64,000 nucleotides of DNA, taken from Candidatus Geocrenenecus huangii (GTDB lineage Archaea; Thermoproteota; Nitrososphaeria_A; Caldarchaeales; Wolframiiraptoraceae). Location: the NCBI GenBank assembly GCA_023254095.1, contig JALNLM010000004.1, forward strand, positions 9,359 to 73,358, given 5' to 3'. Positions within the stretch are counted from its first letter, which is position 1. Each line of letters opens with the position of its first letter. Below the pieces are notes generated by a model. The model was not told the origin of the DNA. It made no database searches and worked only from the letters and a program-made list of their open reading frames with translations. Positions 61,899 through 64,000 of this stretch are shown here, piece after piece. The position numbers and the translations under genes are program-made.

Positions 61899-62783
61899 TT
61901 GAAAGCGTCATACATTATTGAGAGGATCGGAGTCTACTACTCTGTTACTAAGCCCAGAGTTTGGTATCTACTAGCATATACTGCTTTCGGCGGATACATA
62001 GCAGGCTCCGGAGCAACCGTAGACTGGGTTAAAGCATTTATAGCGACTCTATCAGTTATACTTGCCTCTGCGGGCTCTGAAGCGATAGCGAACTTCATTG
62101 AAAAGGATATTGATGCATTGATGGAAAGAACTAAGAATAGACCATTACCATCTGGAAAGATTAGACCTGAATGGAAAGCGTTGATTCTAGGATTAATCTT
62201 AACCAGCCTCGGAGCATATATAGGATACACTATCAACTTGCTAGCCCTAATCTTCATCTTAATCGGAGTACTTGACTACGTAGTCATATACGTAATGCTA
62301 TCAAAGAAGAAGACGCCTCTAAACATTGTACTTGGCAGCGTTGCAGGAGGAGCCCCTACGATGGTTGGATATGTCTCAGCTGCTAATCAGATAACTCTGG
62401 ATTCTGTAATCCTCGCAGGAATAGTCGTCTTATGGATACCGAGCCATATTTGGAGTCTAGCCTTAAGATACAAAGAAGACTATATGAAGGCAGGGATACC
62501 GATGCTCCCAATAGTTATCAGTGAAGATAAAGCAATAAGATGTATTTCGTCTACAGCAATCATATTGATGATTTTCTCAATACTAGTACACTTCATTAAT
62601 CCTTTAAAATACGGATATATCTATCTGGCCTCAGCAACAGTCTCCGGGTCAATCCTACTATACTTTGCCCTCAAACTAATATATAGACCTAGTAAGACCC
62701 TGGCGTGGAAAATGTTCAAGTATACTTCCCCTCACCTTGCAGTTATCTTTACTGTAATAATTATTGAATCGCTACTAGCATAG
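61899..62783 (+). CDS. ctaB: protoheme IX farnesyltransferase (heme O synthase)
   Basis: TKPR, DIDALMERTKNRPLPSG, WIPSH and DY..AGIPMLP motifs. Confidence 0.93.
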   Translation: MKASYIIERIGVYYSVTKPRVWYLLAYTAFGGYIAGSGATVDWVKAFIATLSVILASAGSEAIANFIEKDIDALMERTKNRPLPSGKIRPEWKALILGLILTSLGAYIGYTINLLALIFILIGVLDYVVIYVMLSKKKTPLNIVLGSVAGGAPTMVGYVSAANQITLDSVILAGIVVLWIPSHIWSLALRYKEDYMKAGIPMLPIVISEDKAIRCISSTAIILMIFSILVHFINPLKYGYIYLASATVSGSILLYFALKLIYRPSKTLAWKMFKYTSPHLAVIFTVIIIESLLA

Positions 62784-62854
62784 AGTAGGAAAACTAACAG
62801 TAATAGAATTAGATAATGTTTTATGCCACCTAGTATAATCTAGTAATGTAGTAG

Positions 62855-63385
62855 GTGAACAATGAGATTATGAGAGAAGATAAAGTCGGCGAGAAGATAA
62901 GCTTTCATCTAGTGGAAGATGCTTGGAATACTCTGAGAACAGAGTTCAGTAGAATAATTGGAGAAGAAGAGGCAATCTTGGTAACCGTTTTTAGATTTTC
63001 TTCACCTTCTCACAAAATGGAAGAAGAATCTGAAGAAGAGAGAAAAATGCATTTTGAGACCCCCTTCGTGAAGGATGTCAAGAAGATCGTCAAGAAGATA
63101 AAAGAGAAATTCAAAGCTGAATCTCATATACATCTACATCCGAGGCATGGATCGGTAACCTTCATGATGGTGTCTTCCGGAGAACTTCTAGTAGATAATT
63201 TTAGAAGCATAGTCGCTGAAGCATCCACATGTGAAGAGTGCGTCCTTGAATATTTAGAGGGCGAGGTAAGAATAGGAGAAGAAGTAGCCACGTTATTCTA
63301 CGGTTCATCAGCAAATGTAATTTTTATTCTCCCAGCGGCTGATGGTAGAAAATTAAAGCTTATTGAGGCGGTTATGTCAATCTAA
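62855..63385 (+). CDS. hypothetical protein with His-rich and CxxC motifs
   Basis: HIHLHPRH and CEEC. Confidence 0.65.
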   Translation: MNNEIMREDKVGEKISFHLVEDAWNTLRTEFSRIIGEEEAILVTVFRFSSPSHKMEEESEEERKMHFETPFVKDVKKIVKKIKEKFKAESHIHLHPRHGSVTFMMVSSGELLVDNFRSIVAEASTCEECVLEYLEGEVRIGEEVATLFYGSSANVIFILPAADGRKLKLIEAVMSI

Positions 63386-63884
63386 GTTTTTCACCATATC
63401 TTTCAGAGAAAACGATCTCTGATAATTCCCTTCTACTCTTTACTCCTTTTATCTTCTTCACTGGGTAGCCGAAGCCTATTATCGCGGCTATCGTCAGATT
63501 GTCCGGGATACCGTACTCTTCCTTCATCTCTCTTTCTCTTACTCCAGTGTATATGCATGAACCAACTCCCATACTCCATGCTGTAAGCTGCATGTTCTGG
63601 ATGGCTCTACCAGCATCTATTAAGTGGAATGGATATTTTGGGTCTGTTAGAACTATTATTGCGAAGTCTGCTCCCGCAACCCATTTGCCTGTTGTGCTTA
63701 GTTCTGCAAGCTTCTTTAAGTTATCCTCATCCTCTACCAAAATGAACCTCCAATGCTGTAGGTTTAACCCTGTAGGGGACATCCTGGCAGCTTCTAGAAT
63801 TCGGAGCTTAACATCATCTGGAACTCTTTCACCTAAATATTCTCTAACCTCTATTCTGGAAACAATGGCCTCGAAAACTTCCAT
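63372..63884 (-). CDS. nitroreductase family protein
   Basis: R.EVR, SPTGLNLQHW and DAGRAIQNMQL motifs. Confidence 0.9.
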   Translation of the reverse strand: MEVFEAIVSRIEVREYLGERVPDDVKLRILEAARMSPTGLNLQHWRFILVEDEDNLKKLAELSTTGKWVAGADFAIIVLTDPKYPFHLIDAGRAIQNMQLTAWSMGVGSCIYTGVREREMKEEYGIPDNLTIAAIIGFGYPVKKIKGVKSRRELSEIVFSERYGEKLRLT

Positions 63885-64000
63885 ACAATACTTTACCGCT
63901 AGGTAGATTAAAAATATTTTTAGATAGTCTCCTGCTTAAAGGTGGTTTATTCTTGTTCTGTCGTTTCTAGTATTCTTCTATAGTATTGTCTTACCGATTT

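Overview
Archaeal chromosomal window, most likely TACK and probably Aigarchaeota/Caldarchaeales-like (inferred from the combination of an HMf histone, a CdvA-like protein, a CFI-box-CTERM surface protein, UPF0182, S26e, heme O synthase and non-canonical tRNA introns). It is mostly housekeeping: thermosome, deoxyhypusine synthase, eIF6, TgtA, TrmI, Nep1, Rpp21, S19e/L39e/L31e/S26e, TrpRS, Map, ThyX, SucCD and NuoLM. Reading the DNA adds features missing from the ORF track: three tRNA genes (Ser-GCT; Gly-CCC with one intron and an anomalous C33; Gly-GCC with two introns); a canonical dual-guide C/D box sRNA matching 23S rRNA near H69/H71; a decayed integrated element bounded by a copy of the tRNA-Ser 5' end and carrying an integrase pseudogene; an HhH-GPD pseudogene; L39e; and a beta-CASP RNase whose conserved N-terminus appears to start at a TTA codon. 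The best candidates for undescribed systems are (i) a twin-arginine-bearing SagB-family flavoprotein overlapping a four-His cytochrome b-like membrane protein, and (ii) a hemerythrin x2 / stand-alone PqqD / DPSL cluster with near-identical promoters. All functional calls come from motif recognition; no database search was run.
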